Below are positions 1 to 9,083 of a stretch of 62,279 nt of DNA, in pieces. The stretch is from a virus (lineage: Duplodnaviria > Caudoviricetes), in the IMG/VR virus record IMGVR_UViG_3300035338_000024, positions 1 through 62,279 of that record; one strand, given 5' to 3'. Positions within the stretch are counted from its first letter, which is position 1. Every line of letters starts with the position of its first letter. The notes under the pieces are model-generated. The model had not been told where the DNA came from. It saw only the letters and a program-made list of their open reading frames with translations, and did no database searches. A program made the position numbers and the translations under genes.

Positions 1-1047
1 CTATCGCCGCCCCTTCGCTTTTGGGGCCGGCAGGGGGCCATAGGAAAGGCGTTCGGACGGGGCTCGAAGGGATTCCGGGGCCAGGTCAGAATAGACCATG
101 GTCGAGGCCAGGGACTCGTGGCGCATGAGCTCCTGGATCTGACGGATTCCCTCCCCGGCAATGGTCAGGTGGCTGGCGAAGGTATGCCGAAGGTCGTGGA
201 AGCGGAAACTGCCAAGGCCCGCCTCCCTGGCGTACTTTTTAAATTTTTGGCTCACCCAGGTGAGGCAGGAGAAGCGGGTGATGGTGCTCATGCCTGGTCG
301 CCTGGCCGCGCAGCGCTCCAAAACCGTTCGAGTTGTGGTGTTGATGGGGATACGGGACTCGATCCGGTTTTTCTGCTTGGCTGAGATGCGCAGAAACCCT
401 TGTGGGTTGTCCACATCGGAAAACTTAAGGCGCAGGATCTCCCCCGAACGCAGCCCGGTGTAGAGCGCCAGCAGGACCACGTCATAAAACTCCGGGTCGT
501 CGATGGCTGAGAGCAACGCTCGAATCTGCTCGGCGGTAAGGTAGCGGATTCGCTTGGGGATCTTGAGCATGGGCGGCCATTCAACCACGGGGGGCATGTA
601 TTTCCAACGGATGGCCGCCCGCAAGGCCACCTTGAGGTGACGAATCACCTTGTTGACGGTGGCTGGCACCAGGCCAGCTTTGAGCAGATCGGTTTGCAGG
701 CGCTCGACGTGGCGACCCGTGAGTTGACGCATGGGGGGGTTGCCCCAGCAGGACTGAGCTTTAGCTAAGGCGTTCGCGTAGACCGTGTAGGCGCCGTCCG
801 AAACCCGGGCCTCGATATGCTCCAGGAATTCCTTGACGAACTTGTCCAGGAGCACTGTCGGGCCTGTGGCAATGGTCCGGACGCGGCCGGCAAGCATGTC
901 CCTGCGGAAGTTGTTCAGGCGACGCTGCGCGATCCTTTGGTCGCGGGTGCGCAGCGTTTTGCGGCGGGTTTGACCATCCTCCTGCCACAAGGCATAGTGG
1001 ATGCCGCTGTTGGGGTCAGTCCAGATGCGGGGGTCACCGATGCCCAT
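1..1047 (-). CDS. int: Tyrosine recombinase/phage integrase
   Basis: TGLRSGE, FHDLRHT, MRH and TMVY catalytic motifs; GGAGG RBS before ATG at 1047. Confidence 0.95.
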   Translation of the reverse strand: MGIGDPRIWTDPNSGIHYALWQEDGQTRRKTLRTRDQRIAQRRLNNFRRDMLAGRVRTIATGPTVLLDKFVKEFLEHIEARVSDGAYTVYANALAKAQSCWGNPPMRQLTGRHVERLQTDLLKAGLVPATVNKVIRHLKVALRAAIRWKYMPPVVEWPPMLKIPKRIRYLTAEQIRALLSAIDDPEFYDVVLLALYTGLRSGEILRLKFSDVDNPQGFLRISAKQKNRIESRIPINTTTRTVLERCAARRPGMSTITRFSCLTWVSQKFKKYAREAGLGSFRFHDLRHTFASHLTIAGEGIRQIQELMRHESLASTMVYSDLAPESLRAPSERLSYGPLPAPKAKGRR

Positions 1048-1080
1048 GAATGCCTCCATGCCAGATCTCGGCAATCGGTG

Positions 1081-1332
1081 TCAATCCCGCTCGCTGAGGA
1101 ACCAGGCGTCGATGGACTCACGGTCCACGATCCACTCGCCGGAGCGTCTGAAAGCATAGATGAATCCTTGGTCGATCCAGCGCATCATGGTGTCTCTGGA
1201 GCGAACTTTGGCGTAGGCCATGGCTTCCTTGAGGGTAAGCCAGCGGCCCGGGGCGCAGCCAGCGGCCAAACGGTCGGCCACCATCCGGGCCACCTGATCA
1301 GCCAAGGCTGTGATGTCGGCATACTGCAACAT
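1081..1332 (-). CDS. Excisionase-like HTH DNA-binding protein
   Basis: WLTLKEAMAYAKV...TMMRWI...GEWIVDRESIDAW; adjacent to integrase; TGATG coupling to upstream gene. Confidence 0.85.
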   Translation of the reverse strand: MLQYADITALADQVARMVADRLAAGCAPGRWLTLKEAMAYAKVRSRDTMMRWIDQGFIYAFRRSGEWIVDRESIDAWFLSERD

Positions 1333-1526
1333 CAGGGCTTTTTGAACTCCTTGGCTTTGGGGCAGGTGGCCCAATGGGGCGTCCAGGCGTTGACCAACCG
1401 ATAGCCCTTGCCGGGCCCAACATCGACCACCACCTTGGCCGGATTGGCATCGACGGGCATGGCCTTCCCGGATTCCTCCATGGTCAGCCACTCAATCCGC
1501 GCTCCGCAGCCCTTGCAGATCGCCAT
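1332..1526 (-). CDS. Small Cys/His phage protein
   Basis: CKGCGARIEW...GKAMPVD...HWATCP pattern common in phage early regions. Confidence 0.75.
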   Translation of the reverse strand: MAICKGCGARIEWLTMEESGKAMPVDANPAKVVVDVGPGKGYRLVNAWTPHWATCPKAKEFKKP

Positions 1527-1540
1527 GGTTGCCCCCTTGC

Positions 1541-1726
1541 CTATGCGTGGATCTTCTTTAGCGCCCGGAAGGAAATGATCTCCCGGCCGCCGCCCTCGAA
1601 CTCAACGAGGCACGAACCCATCTTGCCAGCCGCCACGATCCGGCAGCGCCGCCCTTGCAGCTGCGCCCGTTTCGGGTTGTTGCTCCACGCAAACACATGG
1701 GTCCACCGGGTTTTTGCGGCTGGCAC
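1541..1726 (-). CDS. Small hypothetical protein (start uncertain)
   Basis: C-terminal part of ORF 1541..2047 reads protein-like (GRRCRIVAAGKMGSCLVEFE); GTG with purine-rich upstream. Confidence 0.5.
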   Translation of the reverse strand: MPAAKTRWTHVFAWSNNPKRAQLQGRRCRIVAAGKMGSCLVEFEGGGREIISFRALKKIHA

Positions 1727-1869
1727 TTGTCCGCCCCCTTCGCCTTGTAGTAAAAAGCCCTTCCGGGTAAGCAGCCTGCCCAGGCGTCCGCCAGGGCGCC
1801 GAAGAGGGGCCGCGCAAAACACGGTCTTCTCCCGCCCAGGAGCCCCCCGGCCCTTGGTTGCACCGGGGA

Positions 1870-2067
1870 TCAATCCTCGCCTCCCTCGGCATGTGACGCC
1901 TCGACGGCTTCCTTGTGCGCCCGCTGGAAGTCGCTCACCATCATGCCGTGCTCCCGGTAGCAGATAGGATTCCCGCGTTCCCCGCACTCGGGGCAATCGG
2001 GGCACACGCAGTCGTCTTCCCCTCCGGAACAGATCGGGCAGCGCCACTTAAATTCGCTCTTACCCAT
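1870..2067 (-). CDS. Cys-rich putative zinc-binding protein
   Basis: CPIC, CVCPDCPEC, CYREH; GGAGG RBS. Confidence 0.65.
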   Translation of the reverse strand: MGKSEFKWRCPICSGGEDDCVCPDCPECGERGNPICYREHGMMVSDFQRAHKEAVEASHAEGGED

Positions 2068-2263
2068 GTATTCCTCCCCCCGTCATCACCGCCTGGATAG
2101 CGGTGAATATCCGGGTGCGCTGCCGAAGATCGTGGCACATGATTTTGATGCCGGACCCAGGGCCTTCCAGCTCCAGACGAATCTCCACGCCCGGAATGCC
2201 CTCCAGAGCGTCCGAAATTCGGTTGTAGAGGTCGATCTTTTCCAAGAAGGAGGGATTCGCCAT
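2060..2263 (-). CDS. Hypothetical protein
   Basis: ORF in operon, overlaps next gene. Confidence 0.6.
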   Translation of the reverse strand: MANPSFLEKIDLYNRISDALEGIPGVEIRLELEGPGSGIKIMCHDLRQRTRIFTAIQAVMTGGGIHG

Positions 2264-2320
2264 GCTGCAAACTCCAGGGCCTGCCCCGGGCCCCCGACGA
2301 CCCGGGGCAGGGTGCCCCGA

Positions 2321-2761
2321 CTACTGTTGCATCTTGATATCGTACTTGAATCCGATGGCCTCGATTTCCTTGTCAGTCCGGAATTTCACCATAAAGGGCA
2401 GCGGTTGGGAAAGCTCCTCTCTTCGCGGCATAAAGCTGATGTCCTCCACGACTCTCCCATGGGAGACCACCAGCATCCTGAAGCTGCTCTGCCACATCAA
2501 TACCCTGGTCCAGCTCCGCAATTCGCCCTTGGTCGCATCGAGGGCTCCCTCGACCATATAGGTATCCGGCTCGCCGGCGACCCGGTCGACCCGAAAGGGG
2601 ATTTCGAAGTGCTGCAAATTCACCGCGCAGGATGTCGGAAAGGTGTAGTTCACCAGGCACCAATCAGGCTTATAGGGCGCCACTATTTGTCCGACGAGGC
2701 TTGATGCGCACCCGATCAGCAACAGGGCCAAGACGACGACGGCGCAGGACAACTTTCTCAT
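2321..2761 (-). CDS. Putative lipoprotein
   Basis: MRKLSCAVVVLALLLIGC lipobox; AAGGAG RBS. Confidence 0.75.
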   Translation of the reverse strand: MRKLSCAVVVLALLLIGCASSLVGQIVAPYKPDWCLVNYTFPTSCAVNLQHFEIPFRVDRVAGEPDTYMVEGALDATKGELRSWTRVLMWQSSFRMLVVSHGRVVEDISFMPRREELSQPLPFMVKFRTDKEIEAIGFKYDIKMQQ

Positions 2762-2881
2762 GGTCTTTTTCTCCTTGGGTTGAAGTTCAGAAGCCGCCTT
2801 CATGACCCTGCAATAATAGCACAACTCTTCTTTTAGGGCCTACCCGTGCCCGATAGGTGGGCCTGATGATGGGACTCATCG

Positions 2882-3247
2882 TTACCGCACCGCCCTTAAG
2901 TTGTCCAAAGCATTCCAGAGAGCATCGGAGACCTTGCTTTCTCCCAAGCCGTCCCCCAGGGCCCGGCCGATTAGCCGAATGGGGGCCAGGAATTTTTCCG
3001 TTGCCTCATCCAACCCCTGGGCTTTCCCTCGGGCAAAACCATTCCCGTAAGCCGAATAGCAGGCCCTGGCTTCGACTCTGGTAAGGTGACGTCCGCGGAT
3101 GGAAAACAGTTCTTCGCAGTCTTCATCCTCGACAGTGGTCAATTGTACTCCGTTGACCACCCTGTGGCGCACGCGCAGGCCGATGTCTTCGAGAACGAGC
3201 ACCTTTTCCTGTGCTGCGGCTTCATAGGGCATGGGTTCCTCGGTCAT
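2882..3247 (-). CDS. Hypothetical protein
   Basis: ORF with AAGGAGG RBS. Confidence 0.7.
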   Translation of the reverse strand: MTEEPMPYEAAAQEKVLVLEDIGLRVRHRVVNGVQLTTVEDEDCEELFSIRGRHLTRVEARACYSAYGNGFARGKAQGLDEATEKFLAPIRLIGRALGDGLGESKVSDALWNALDNLRAVR

Positions 3248-3269
3248 GATCTGCCTCCTTTCTCCCTGG

Positions 3270-3374
3270 TTAGAAGTGCTTGGCTACCGCCACAATGGTC
3301 AGCGTAACTAATAGGACCACAGCGCAGACTGTTCCCGCAAGTAGGATGATCACCCAGGCCGCCTTGAAGTCCAT
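3270..3374 (-). CDS. 34-aa single-pass membrane peptide (not in ORF track)
   Basis: MDFKAAWVIILLAGTVCAVVLLVTLTIVAVAKHF; purine-rich upstream sequence. Confidence 0.55.
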   Translation of the reverse strand: MDFKAAWVIILLAGTVCAVVLLVTLTIVAVAKHF

Positions 3375-3513
3375 CAGTTTCCCGCCCTTTCTCGGCAATT
3401 GGTTTGGCCGCGTGGGTCGCTTTCCGTAATGGTTGCTCCACCCGCGCACCCGGAGCGCCCTTTGTTGGCTGGGTTATCGGCGGCCGGCGACCCCTGGAGG
3501 CGTACGCAGGTGC

Positions 3514-3663
3514 CTACGACGGCCGCGCTTCCGAAACCTTGACCCTCGGCGTATCGTCGCGCTTCTCATAGATGCCGCCGCACCGGATGCAGATTTGCAG
3601 ATCCGGGCGGTCGGTGCCCAGGCGGCGATTGCAGTTCTTGCAGGTGTAGGTGAAAACCGGCAT
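3514..3663 (-). CDS. 49-aa zinc-ribbon protein, FmdB-like (not in ORF track)
   Basis: MPVFTYTCKNC...CIRCGG; AAGGAGG RBS. Confidence 0.7.
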   Translation of the reverse strand: MPVFTYTCKNCNRRLGTDRPDLQICIRCGGIYEKRDDTPRVKVSEARPS

Positions 3664-3675
3664 GGCCCCCCTCCT

Positions 3676-3987
3676 TCAGAACTGTTTCAGGAGCAGACTC
3701 TTCGGCCGGCGGTCGAGGTAGACGGTTGTGCCAGGGGTCTCCACGGCGCCCCGCGGGCGGCCCGCCGCCACGGCGCATGCCCTGGGGACATCCGACCGGT
3801 AGCCGATGCGCTCCTTGGCGATGTTGGCCAACTCGGTATGCAGGCGCCGCATGCCGGCATGGGGATCAATCGTCCCGGCTCGCAGGATGGCCGAAGTCAT
3901 GTCCTGGGGGGTCATTTCGACGGCCACCCACCGCCAGGGGGGAAGCCGGTCCTGAAGCTGCGCTTTGGTCGTTTGTCCGACGTACAT
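3676..3987 (-). CDS. Hypothetical protein
   Basis: ATG with GGGAGG RBS in operon. Confidence 0.55.
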   Translation of the reverse strand: MYVGQTTKAQLQDRLPPWRWVAVEMTPQDMTSAILRAGTIDPHAGMRRLHTELANIAKERIGYRSDVPRACAVAAGRPRGAVETPGTTVYLDRRPKSLLLKQF

Positions 3988-4014
3988 GGTGTCCCTCCCC
4001 GCCGCTCTGGGCGG

Positions 4015-4254
4015 CTATGGTTTACGCGAGCACCCGACACGATGCACGAGTTCGCCTGCCCCGAAATTCATTGGGGCGCTGTGGCACTCCGGGCACCATG
4101 CGGCCATCTTGTCGGCGCACGTTTTGTTTGGCGGGCATTTGGTCCCGGCCTCGCACTTTCCCGCTGGATACCACCCGCACCAGCACCTTTTTTCGGGCGG
4201 AATTTTGGCCAGGCTTCTTATGTGATCTTGTTGGTCCGCATTGAAATACGACAT
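4015..4254 (-). CDS. Cys-rich hypothetical protein
   Basis: CWCGW, CPEC and additional Cys/His. Confidence 0.65.
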   Translation of the reverse strand: MSYFNADQQDHIRSLAKIPPEKRCWCGWYPAGKCEAGTKCPPNKTCADKMAAWCPECHSAPMNFGAGELVHRVGCSRKP

Positions 4255-4287
4255 TTCTTGTTCTCCCCCGTTGCCTGCCCGCGGCTC

Positions 4288-4758
4288 TTATACCGCCCCG
4301 CACGCCTGGCAGCGCCATTGCCTTGCGGCATACACCCAGCCCGCCCTCTCCGCTTCCGGCATGGTTAATAGCATCGTCTCCGGCACGGCCCCGCACGTTT
4401 CGCAGATCGGCACCCAAAACACCCCCTGCCGCCCACGCCAGGGGATTCGCCGCGGGAACTCCTGAGGGTCGGCCAGCAGGTTGTGCCAGCAGTCCGGTTG
4501 GGCCCATGGGGATCCGCTCTCCCGGGTGTGCCCCACCACCCGCACCACTCCCACCAGGGCCCCCATGACGAGCTCGCGGGCCTCCGGCACGGCGATCCCC
4601 ATCACCTGCCGCAGGTAGCGCGCTCCGCTCTCGTCATAGCGCTTGGCTGCCTGAATGACGATCGCCCCCAGGGGCAGCTTCCATGGCCTGTTCTCCACCA
4701 GCTTCCCGGCCCGGAAGATGCACCAGGCCCAAGGCTCCCACATGCTCACACACCGCAT
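4288..4758 (-). CDS. ASCH domain protein with C-terminal Zn finger
   Basis: SMWEPWAWCIFRAGKLVENRPW...IVIQAAK, GRQGVFWV; CETC...CQAC. Confidence 0.85.
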   Translation of the reverse strand: MRCVSMWEPWAWCIFRAGKLVENRPWKLPLGAIVIQAAKRYDESGARYLRQVMGIAVPEARELVMGALVGVVRVVGHTRESGSPWAQPDCWHNLLADPQEFPRRIPWRGRQGVFWVPICETCGAVPETMLLTMPEAERAGWVYAARQWRCQACGAV

Positions 4759-4804
4759 GACGCACTCCTTTATCCACGACCTGAAACGGGCTGATGGCCC
4801 TGTC

Positions 4805-5155
4805 CTATTTCACCCGCACCCACTGGTGTTCAGGGTTGCTGCGGGCCCACACCACGGCCGGCCGGGTGCCGTCCCACCTCTCAACCCAAAGGGTGCCATC
4901 TTCCAGCCCCCGGTTGCAGACGCGACACATGCAGGCCGTGTTCCCGGGGGTGTCCCGCCGGACGTTCCAGCGGCCGATGATGTGCCCGAGTTCGAGGTTC
5001 TCCCTGCTGCCGCAGATCACGCAGCGCCAGTCGTCGCGTCCAAAGACCTGTTTCCGCAGAGCATCGTATGCGCCCCCCACCAGAATCACGCGACCCACCT
5101 TCGGGGCTGCGAAGCCGAACCAGTCCACCGGGGGGCGCTTCCGTTTCTCTACCAT
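4805..5155 (-). CDS. HNH endonuclease
   Basis: RDDWRCVICG...LELGHII...N...CRVCN. Confidence 0.8.
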   Translation of the reverse strand: MVEKRKRPPVDWFGFAAPKVGRVILVGGAYDALRKQVFGRDDWRCVICGSRENLELGHIIGRWNVRRDTPGNTACMCRVCNRGLEDGTLWVERWDGTRPAVVWARSNPEHQWVRVK

Positions 5156-5604
5156 CCGACCCGCCTTTCGGCTTCGCGGTCCAGGGCGGAAGGGTCCGTG
5201 CCGATGGCATCGGCCAGGTGGGGCAGGGCATCGTTCATGAACCGGTTGGCATCGTCTTGGTCGCAACTGGCGTAGTTGAGGCGCTTGGGGATCCAGAGCA
5301 AGGTGCCCTTGTCCTGGTGCCAGATGACGTCCTCGACGAAGTCGCACCGGATCCTGGTCAAGTGGTCCACCTTGGCCTTCGTATTCATGTTGGAGTTGTC
5401 GCTCGCGTTCTCGGCCACTAGCCCGCACATGACGAAGTACTTACAAAGCTGCCGGTAGCTGCGAAGCTTCTTGGGTCCCGGCCGGGTGATCTCGGCCGCG
5501 ACAGGGAATCGTTGCGGAAGGCGCCGGATGGCTTCCAGGTCCTCCACCGACGCCGGCCGCAACGCGAAGTCGCTCCCCACGATCAGGCGCACATCAAGCC
5601 CCAC
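5149..5604 (-). CDS. DUF1367/NinB-like phage protein
   Basis: RSYRQLCKYF...IPKRLNYASCDQDDANRF pattern; located between recombinase and HNH genes. Confidence 0.6.
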   Translation of the reverse strand: MGLDVRLIVGSDFALRPASVEDLEAIRRLPQRFPVAAEITRPGPKKLRSYRQLCKYFVMCGLVAENASDNSNMNTKAKVDHLTRIRCDFVEDVIWHQDKGTLLWIPKRLNYASCDQDDANRFMNDALPHLADAIGTDPSALDREAERRVGW

Positions 5605-6841
5605 CGGTGGCCTCCAGAAGCTCCTGATACTTGCTCCAGAGCTTGCGCTGATCTTCTGGCTTGGCCGGGCAGTTGGTGACCCCCAGGGCCTCCATGGCGG
5701 CGATCATGGATTCATCTCCCTGGGCCAGGCGCTCATCGATGGATTCGGCAAGGGATTCCCCACCGTCGGGGGCGGGAGCCGGTTGAGCCTTCGGCGGCTT
5801 GGCCTTGGCATGCTTTTTTTGCCAGGCGGCGAAGGCGTTGCGGAACCGGGCGACCTCCCCTTCGGTGGTGCCCACAAAGGCCCTGAACTCGTCCACCGGC
5901 TTGCCGAAATTCCTGGCGGCCAGGTTTACGAAGGCGGCCAGGGGTTCGGCCGGCAGGTCTTTCATGGCCTCGTCGAAGGCCTTGGTGTCGGGCGGAGGAG
6001 GGGGCTCATCGCCCTCCCCGGCGGTGGCCCGGGTGATGTAGTCGGACCAGGTGGCTTCCCCGTCGCGGATGGCCCGGAACATGCCCCGCAGGTCCTGGAG
6101 CTCGGCGGGGGAGCAGGCCTCGATGTCGTGGCCCAGGTAGGACTTCAGGGCTGCCGGCTTGACTCCGATGGCGCTGAAGTTGTCGAGGATCGCCTTTTTG
6201 GCGGCCGCCGGGTCGGCTGCGTCGCGCTGCTTGAGGGTGGCCCGGGCGGTGTCGATGGCCTCGTCGATGATGTCGGAGGGGATCAGCCGCAGCCCCTCGT
6301 TGCGGATCGTCTTGCTGATGAGGGCGTTCTCCTTGATCTGCGCTTCTTCCTCCGTGGCCCGCAGGATGAAGACCGGCTTGCCCTTGGTGTTGGTCCGCTC
6401 TCCCAGAACGTCATCCTCCCGCCCATGCTTGGAGGCGCGCTCCACCGTTTTGCGGTACTGAATCTCCTTGGCGAAGTTGGCGTTCGTCTCCAGGTCCAGG
6501 GTCTCCACCCGGATGCGCTTCATCAGGTCGTCTTCGTAGAGGACCTGGGTGGACGTGAAGACGTTGCCCCACTCACGCAGGGCAAGCTCCGCGAAGCGGA
6601 TGGAGGGGCCTTTGATGGTGGTGTTGCCGACCGGCTTGTTGAACTCCACCCGCTCGGCAAAGGCCGGCCGCCGGCAGGCGGCAAGGATTCGGTCGCGGGC
6701 CTGGTCCTCGTCCCGGCGCTTCTGCAGCGCCATGATGTAGGCGGCCTGAATTCTGGCCTTGGAAGACTCGGCCGCGGCCACCGCCGCGGGGTCGCGGGCG
6801 GTCAGGGCCGTAGTAGTTTGCTGTAGTGCCAGCGCGGTCAT
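5594..6841 (-). CDS. Putative phage single-strand annealing/recombination protein
   Basis: GPSIRFAELALREWGN...DLETN motif of a widespread phage family next to exonucleases; function inferred from context. Confidence 0.6.
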   Translation of the reverse strand: MTALALQQTTTALTARDPAAVAAAESSKARIQAAYIMALQKRRDEDQARDRILAACRRPAFAERVEFNKPVGNTTIKGPSIRFAELALREWGNVFTSTQVLYEDDLMKRIRVETLDLETNANFAKEIQYRKTVERASKHGREDDVLGERTNTKGKPVFILRATEEEAQIKENALISKTIRNEGLRLIPSDIIDEAIDTARATLKQRDAADPAAAKKAILDNFSAIGVKPAALKSYLGHDIEACSPAELQDLRGMFRAIRDGEATWSDYITRATAGEGDEPPPPPDTKAFDEAMKDLPAEPLAAFVNLAARNFGKPVDEFRAFVGTTEGEVARFRNAFAAWQKKHAKAKPPKAQPAPAPDGGESLAESIDERLAQGDESMIAAMEALGVTNCPAKPEDQRKLWSKYQELLEATGGA

Positions 6842-6854
6842 ATCTGCCTCCTGG

Positions 6855-7676
6855 TTACTTGGTCCGGTAGTTGGTCTTGGGCTTTTCGAAGATGCGGATG
6901 CCTGGAATCTCTCGGACGCCCGCCTTCACGGCCTGGTTGAGCTTCTTGGTGTCCAGCATGAGGTATTCCCGGGGCACGAGGTTGAAGTCCACTTCCTCCC
7001 AGGCCCAATCCTTCCGGAGGTGGGCGGTGCCCTCGGCGGTGCGGGTGACGGTGGAGGCTGGGGCTGTCACGGGAACCACGGGGATGATGGGATCGACGGC
7101 GGCCTGGGCCTCGGCGGCGGCCTCCTCCTTGCTGGCGCCATTGGCCATTGCCTCGGCCTCGATGCGGGCGCGCTCGGCGGCGGCCTCGTCCTCCAGCCGG
7201 CGGCGCTCGGCCTCGGCTTCCTCCCGGGCCTTGCGCTCGGCTTCCCGGCGCAGGCGGTCCTGCTCGACCATGAAGGCGTTCACCCGGGCATCCAGGGGGG
7301 TGATGATGGCCTTGATGTCGTTGGAAATCTTCCGGCAGAATGTGTTGACGCTGGAGACAAAGCCGTCGGGCACTTCGATGATGGCCTTGCGGCGCACGTC
7401 CACAGCTTTCAGCATCTTCTTTCCCTGGGCGACCATTTCAATGCCAAGGTTCAGGCTGGCCTGGTCGGTGATTTGGTGCGCCCCGGCTTGAGCTTTCATC
7501 GTGGCGATTTGCGCCTGGAACTCGGAAAACTTCAGGCGGGCGGCCTCGGGGTCCAGCATGGCCCAGGGGCGGCCGGCAGCCGGCGGGTTATCAGCAGGTA
7601 GCACAACGGGCCTCTCCACCGCAGGTTCGACGGCGGGTTCGTCCTCAAGTAAGGCATCGTAGCTGAAGGGGTTCAT
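6855..7676 (-). CDS. Coiled-coil Gam/Gp157-like phage protein
   Basis: Long E/A/R coiled coil, C-terminal VPREYLMLD...AVKAGVREIPGIRIF. Confidence 0.6.
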   Translation of the reverse strand: MNPFSYDALLEDEPAVEPAVERPVVLPADNPPAAGRPWAMLDPEAARLKFSEFQAQIATMKAQAGAHQITDQASLNLGIEMVAQGKKMLKAVDVRRKAIIEVPDGFVSSVNTFCRKISNDIKAIITPLDARVNAFMVEQDRLRREAERKAREEAEAERRRLEDEAAAERARIEAEAMANGASKEEAAAEAQAAVDPIIPVVPVTAPASTVTRTAEGTAHLRKDWAWEEVDFNLVPREYLMLDTKKLNQAVKAGVREIPGIRIFEKPKTNYRTK

Positions 7677-8227
7677 GCGGCCTTCCTTTCTCCATGGAAA
7701 TAGTGGTGGGTGTTCAGGGCCGAATGGAAAACGTTCAGATTTCGGTTATGGGAGCTGGTGTACTCGGTCACTAGGGCGGGGCCTCCGTCCTCTCGCAGCC
7801 GCAGGCAGAGGCCTCGGGTGGTGTGATGGCCGTGGATGGAGGCCAAGGCCCGGTAGGCAGCCACCTGGATCGGCCACCAGTTGTAGGCGACCTTGCTGGT
7901 CTTGAAGTCGACCAGACACAGGGTGTTGTCCTTCAGTCGGGCCAACAGGTCCGGCTTCCCGCAGAAGCGCCGATGGGGATCCACCAGGCGCTCCTCCACG
8001 AGCAGAGCATCCTGGACCATGTCGTCGATCCACCGCAGGGCACTCGTGACGTAGCCCTTCCAATCCTGCCGGATGGGTGGGTAATAGAGCCCCAGGATCT
8101 CTGCGGCGACAGCAGCGTGGGCCATGCTTCCGCGCTCGGCATGCTCCTCCGTGAACCAGCTCTTGTCGATCCAGGGAGAGAGGATCTCGGTCACGGAGGG
8201 AAAGCCTGTGTCGTTGGTGTAGGTCAT
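7673..8227 (-). CDS. PD-(D/E)XK (Cas4-like) exonuclease
   Basis: PSVTEIL, RGSMAH, GKPDLL, LVDFKTS, QVAAY. Confidence 0.85.
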   Translation of the reverse strand: MTYTNDTGFPSVTEILSPWIDKSWFTEEHAERGSMAHAAVAAEILGLYYPPIRQDWKGYVTSALRWIDDMVQDALLVEERLVDPHRRFCGKPDLLARLKDNTLCLVDFKTSKVAYNWWPIQVAAYRALASIHGHHTTRGLCLRLREDGGPALVTEYTSSHNRNLNVFHSALNTHHYFHGERKAA

Positions 8228-8493
8228 AATTCCTTCAGCTCATCCAGGCTGCGCTCCAGGCGCCTGTTCACGATCTTGATGTCTCGCAGCGCATTCAGGA
8301 TGTCCACGAACAGCCACCCTTTGCCTGAGCGGTTGCGGGTTTCATGCATGAGGTTGTAAAGGGCCTGCGTGACGCCGTTGTCCATCGTGGCGACCAGTAT
8401 CCCCTCGATGTGGTCGATGATCTTCTCCGCGTTTTCGTTAATCAGGTCGGACCTCAGCTCCTCGTCGGTCGGGATCGACATGGGCATGTTCAT
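8224..8493 (-). CDS. Hypothetical protein
   Basis: ATGA overlaps at both ends. Confidence 0.7.
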   Translation of the reverse strand: MNMPMSIPTDEELRSDLINENAEKIIDHIEGILVATMDNGVTQALYNLMHETRNRSGKGWLFVDILNALRDIKIVNRRLERSLDELKEL

Positions 8494-9023
8494 GGGGCAC
8501 CCCCCTGTTGACCGATGTGCGACTCCACCCAAGCTTTGATCTCGGAGAAGTTGAACCGGGCGCCTTCGCGCGGCGCCTTGGCGATGAACTGCCATTTGAA
8601 ATCCTGGTGGAGCGTCAGGGCGATGCAGAAGCACGAACCGTCGTTCACGTTCATGCGCGGGCCCTGGAAGCCAATTTCGATGAGTAGGGCTTCCACTGCA
8701 TTCAGGGCCAGGTCCGCGGGCCCGCTCCCGCCGTAGCCAAATTCGAACCCTGTGGGGGAATGGGCGACTGCCAGATGAGGCACGTTGGTCTGGGGGCGGC
8801 CGTCGCTGGATCGTCTCAGGACAAGGGCTTCCGTCAGGCGTACGTCGTCAATGAAGTCGTCGGTGTAGTTACGGGTCACGTTTTCAGGGGTCGATGACTT
8901 CCCCCCGCAGATGGGGCCCATACCCCGCGAAAGGCTTTCCGGGTCCGTCAGAGGCCGCCCGCAGACGGAACAGCGGCCGGCGCTCCGCTTGCTCGGGATC
9001 TCGATAAAGGTGATCTGCTCCAT
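8490..9023 (-). CDS. DUF6011 zinc finger + DUF6166-like protein
   Basis: CSVCGRPLTDPESLSRGMGPIC; HSPTGFEFGYGGSGPADLAL. Confidence 0.75.
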   Translation of the reverse strand: MEQITFIEIPSKRSAGRCSVCGRPLTDPESLSRGMGPICGGKSSTPENVTRNYTDDFIDDVRLTEALVLRRSSDGRPQTNVPHLAVAHSPTGFEFGYGGSGPADLALNAVEALLIEIGFQGPRMNVNDGSCFCIALTLHQDFKWQFIAKAPREGARFNFSEIKAWVESHIGQQGGAP

Positions 9024-9083
9024 GACTCGACTCCCTGGTAAAGGCGGCCCGGCCCCTCGCCGGCTCGGGCCGCCGTGTCCGGG

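Noticed and set aside
7673-8227. Cas4-like nuclease as evidence of CRISPR
   Set aside because: No array or other cas genes; ordinary phage recombination exonuclease context
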